A stretch of 64,000 nucleotides of DNA, from the IMG/VR virus record IMGVR_UViG_3300047160_006395, positions 1 to 64,000 of that record, one strand, 5' to 3'. Below the pieces are notes generated by a model. It had not been told where the DNA came from and searched no databases. It was given only the letters and a program-made list of their open reading frames with translations. Source of the stretch: a virus. Position numbers and translations under genes: made by a program. Below are positions 63,311-64,000 of this stretch, piece after piece (the stretch's first letter is position 1; each line of letters opens with the position of its first letter).

Positions 63311-64000
63311 TCAGGCCAGCTTGCCGTTGGCGTGCTGACGGGCCCGCTCATGCGGACAGTAGCCGTAGCGGCCCTTGGCGTGGTTGCAGTTCGAGCACAG
63401 CACCTGGAAGCCGGGTGGGTAGTTGTTGGCGATGAGCCACTTGTAGGTGTTTCCTTTACCGATCTTCTTGCGGTGAACTGCCCCGTCGTTGTTGATGTGG
63501 TCGATCTCCAGGAACTCGAAGGTCGACTCGCCGCAGCAGGCGCACTTACCGCCGTAGTGGGTGACGACAGCGCGGCGACGTTTGATGGCGAGCTTCTGGG
63601 CGCGACGGCACTGCTTCGCTGCGCATGCCTCGCCCGTAACCTTACCTGCGACCGCAGGCTCCTTGCCGCACATGACACAGAGACCAGCGGCCTCACGTTC
63701 CGCGTAGTGCTCCTGGATATATCGCTTGTGATCTTCCTTGGTGAGTGGTCGGCGCGCAGCCACAGCAGCAGCTTGCTTGTCGAGGCACTCCTGACAACAG
63801 GTCTTGCCCTCGACGACCTGCTTGTCCGGGTTGCGGCAGAGCGGACAGATCACGGCCGCCTTGCGGGCCTGATATCTCTTGGCCGCCTGGTCAGAAGCGA
63901 TCTTCATGTGGTCCTCGCAACGCCTGTTGCCAGGAACCGCTGGCTTGTTGCACGAGCAGCACAGGCCCTGTGCGGCACGTTCGCGAGCCCGTAGCTTGTT
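63311..64000 (-). CDS. HNH endonuclease with three N-terminal zinc-finger repeats (5' end outside window)
   Basis: YGGKCACC...LEIDHINNDG...FQVLCSNCN; frame stays open to 64000 (NKLRARERAAQGLCCSC...). Confidence 0.88.
   Translation of the reverse strand, partial: NKLRARERAAQGLCCSCNKPAVPGNRRCEDHMKIASDQAAKRYQARKAAVICPLCRNPDKQVVEGKTCCQECLDKQAAAVAARRPLTKEDHKRYIQEHYAEREAAGLCVMCGKEPAVAGKVTGEACAAKQCRRAQKLAIKRRRAVVTHYGGKCACCGESTFEFLEIDHINNDGAVHRKKIGKGNTYKWLIANNYPPGFQVLCSNCNHAKGRYGYCPHERARQHANGKLA

Noticed and set aside
1-64000. Numerous plus-strand ORFs (e.g. 45719..46756, 25383..26330, 61519..62373, 63287..63994)
   Set aside because: Antisense shadows of GC-rich minus-strand genes, with no recognisable motifs.
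1-64000. Genome-wide stop-codon reassignment
   Set aside because: Long genes are intact in code 11, and TAA, TAG and TGA all end tightly packed genes; only the 50279 TGA is suspicious.
63172-64000. Group I intron around the terminal HNH gene
   Set aside because: The HNH is followed by a terminator and a new promoter, and no intron core is recognisable; upstream context is outside the window.

Overview
A 64 kb segment of what appears to be a large (jumbo-type) myovirus genome. Almost all real genes are on the minus strand. In transcription order (64000 to 1): an HNH gene; capsid-neighbour genes; a GT2-methyltransferase fusion; two giant modular fibre-like proteins (2832 and 1213 aa); neck and head-closure genes; tail terminator, sheath, tube, spike, chaperone pair and tape measure; baseplate hub, a group-3 sigma factor, gp25-like and J-like genes; five paralogous 'NxxRxYP' proteins with two HNH insertions; a collagen fibre; a 1.85 kb block of tiny accessory genes; two more fibre paralogues; a PEP-CTERM protein; and membrane proteins. 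Best candidates for undescribed biology: (1) five copies of a bipartite promoter-like motif CTAAAG-N15/16-GTCAYW, opening accessory cassettes that mostly close with hairpin+TTAGCT, next to a sigma gene lodged in the baseplate operon; (2) four proteins built on a 14-aa H-x-T-D repeat scaffold (about 125 repeats counted by eye) with swappable lectin-like domains and shared anchor modules, one split by a single in-frame TGA; (3) a phage-borne PEP-CTERM protein; (4) two unannotated 28-29 aa hydrophobic peptides plus structured RNA; (5) a 16-19 bp palindrome present three times. All functional calls come from motif recognition and synteny only; no database searches were run. A Planctomycetota host is an inference.
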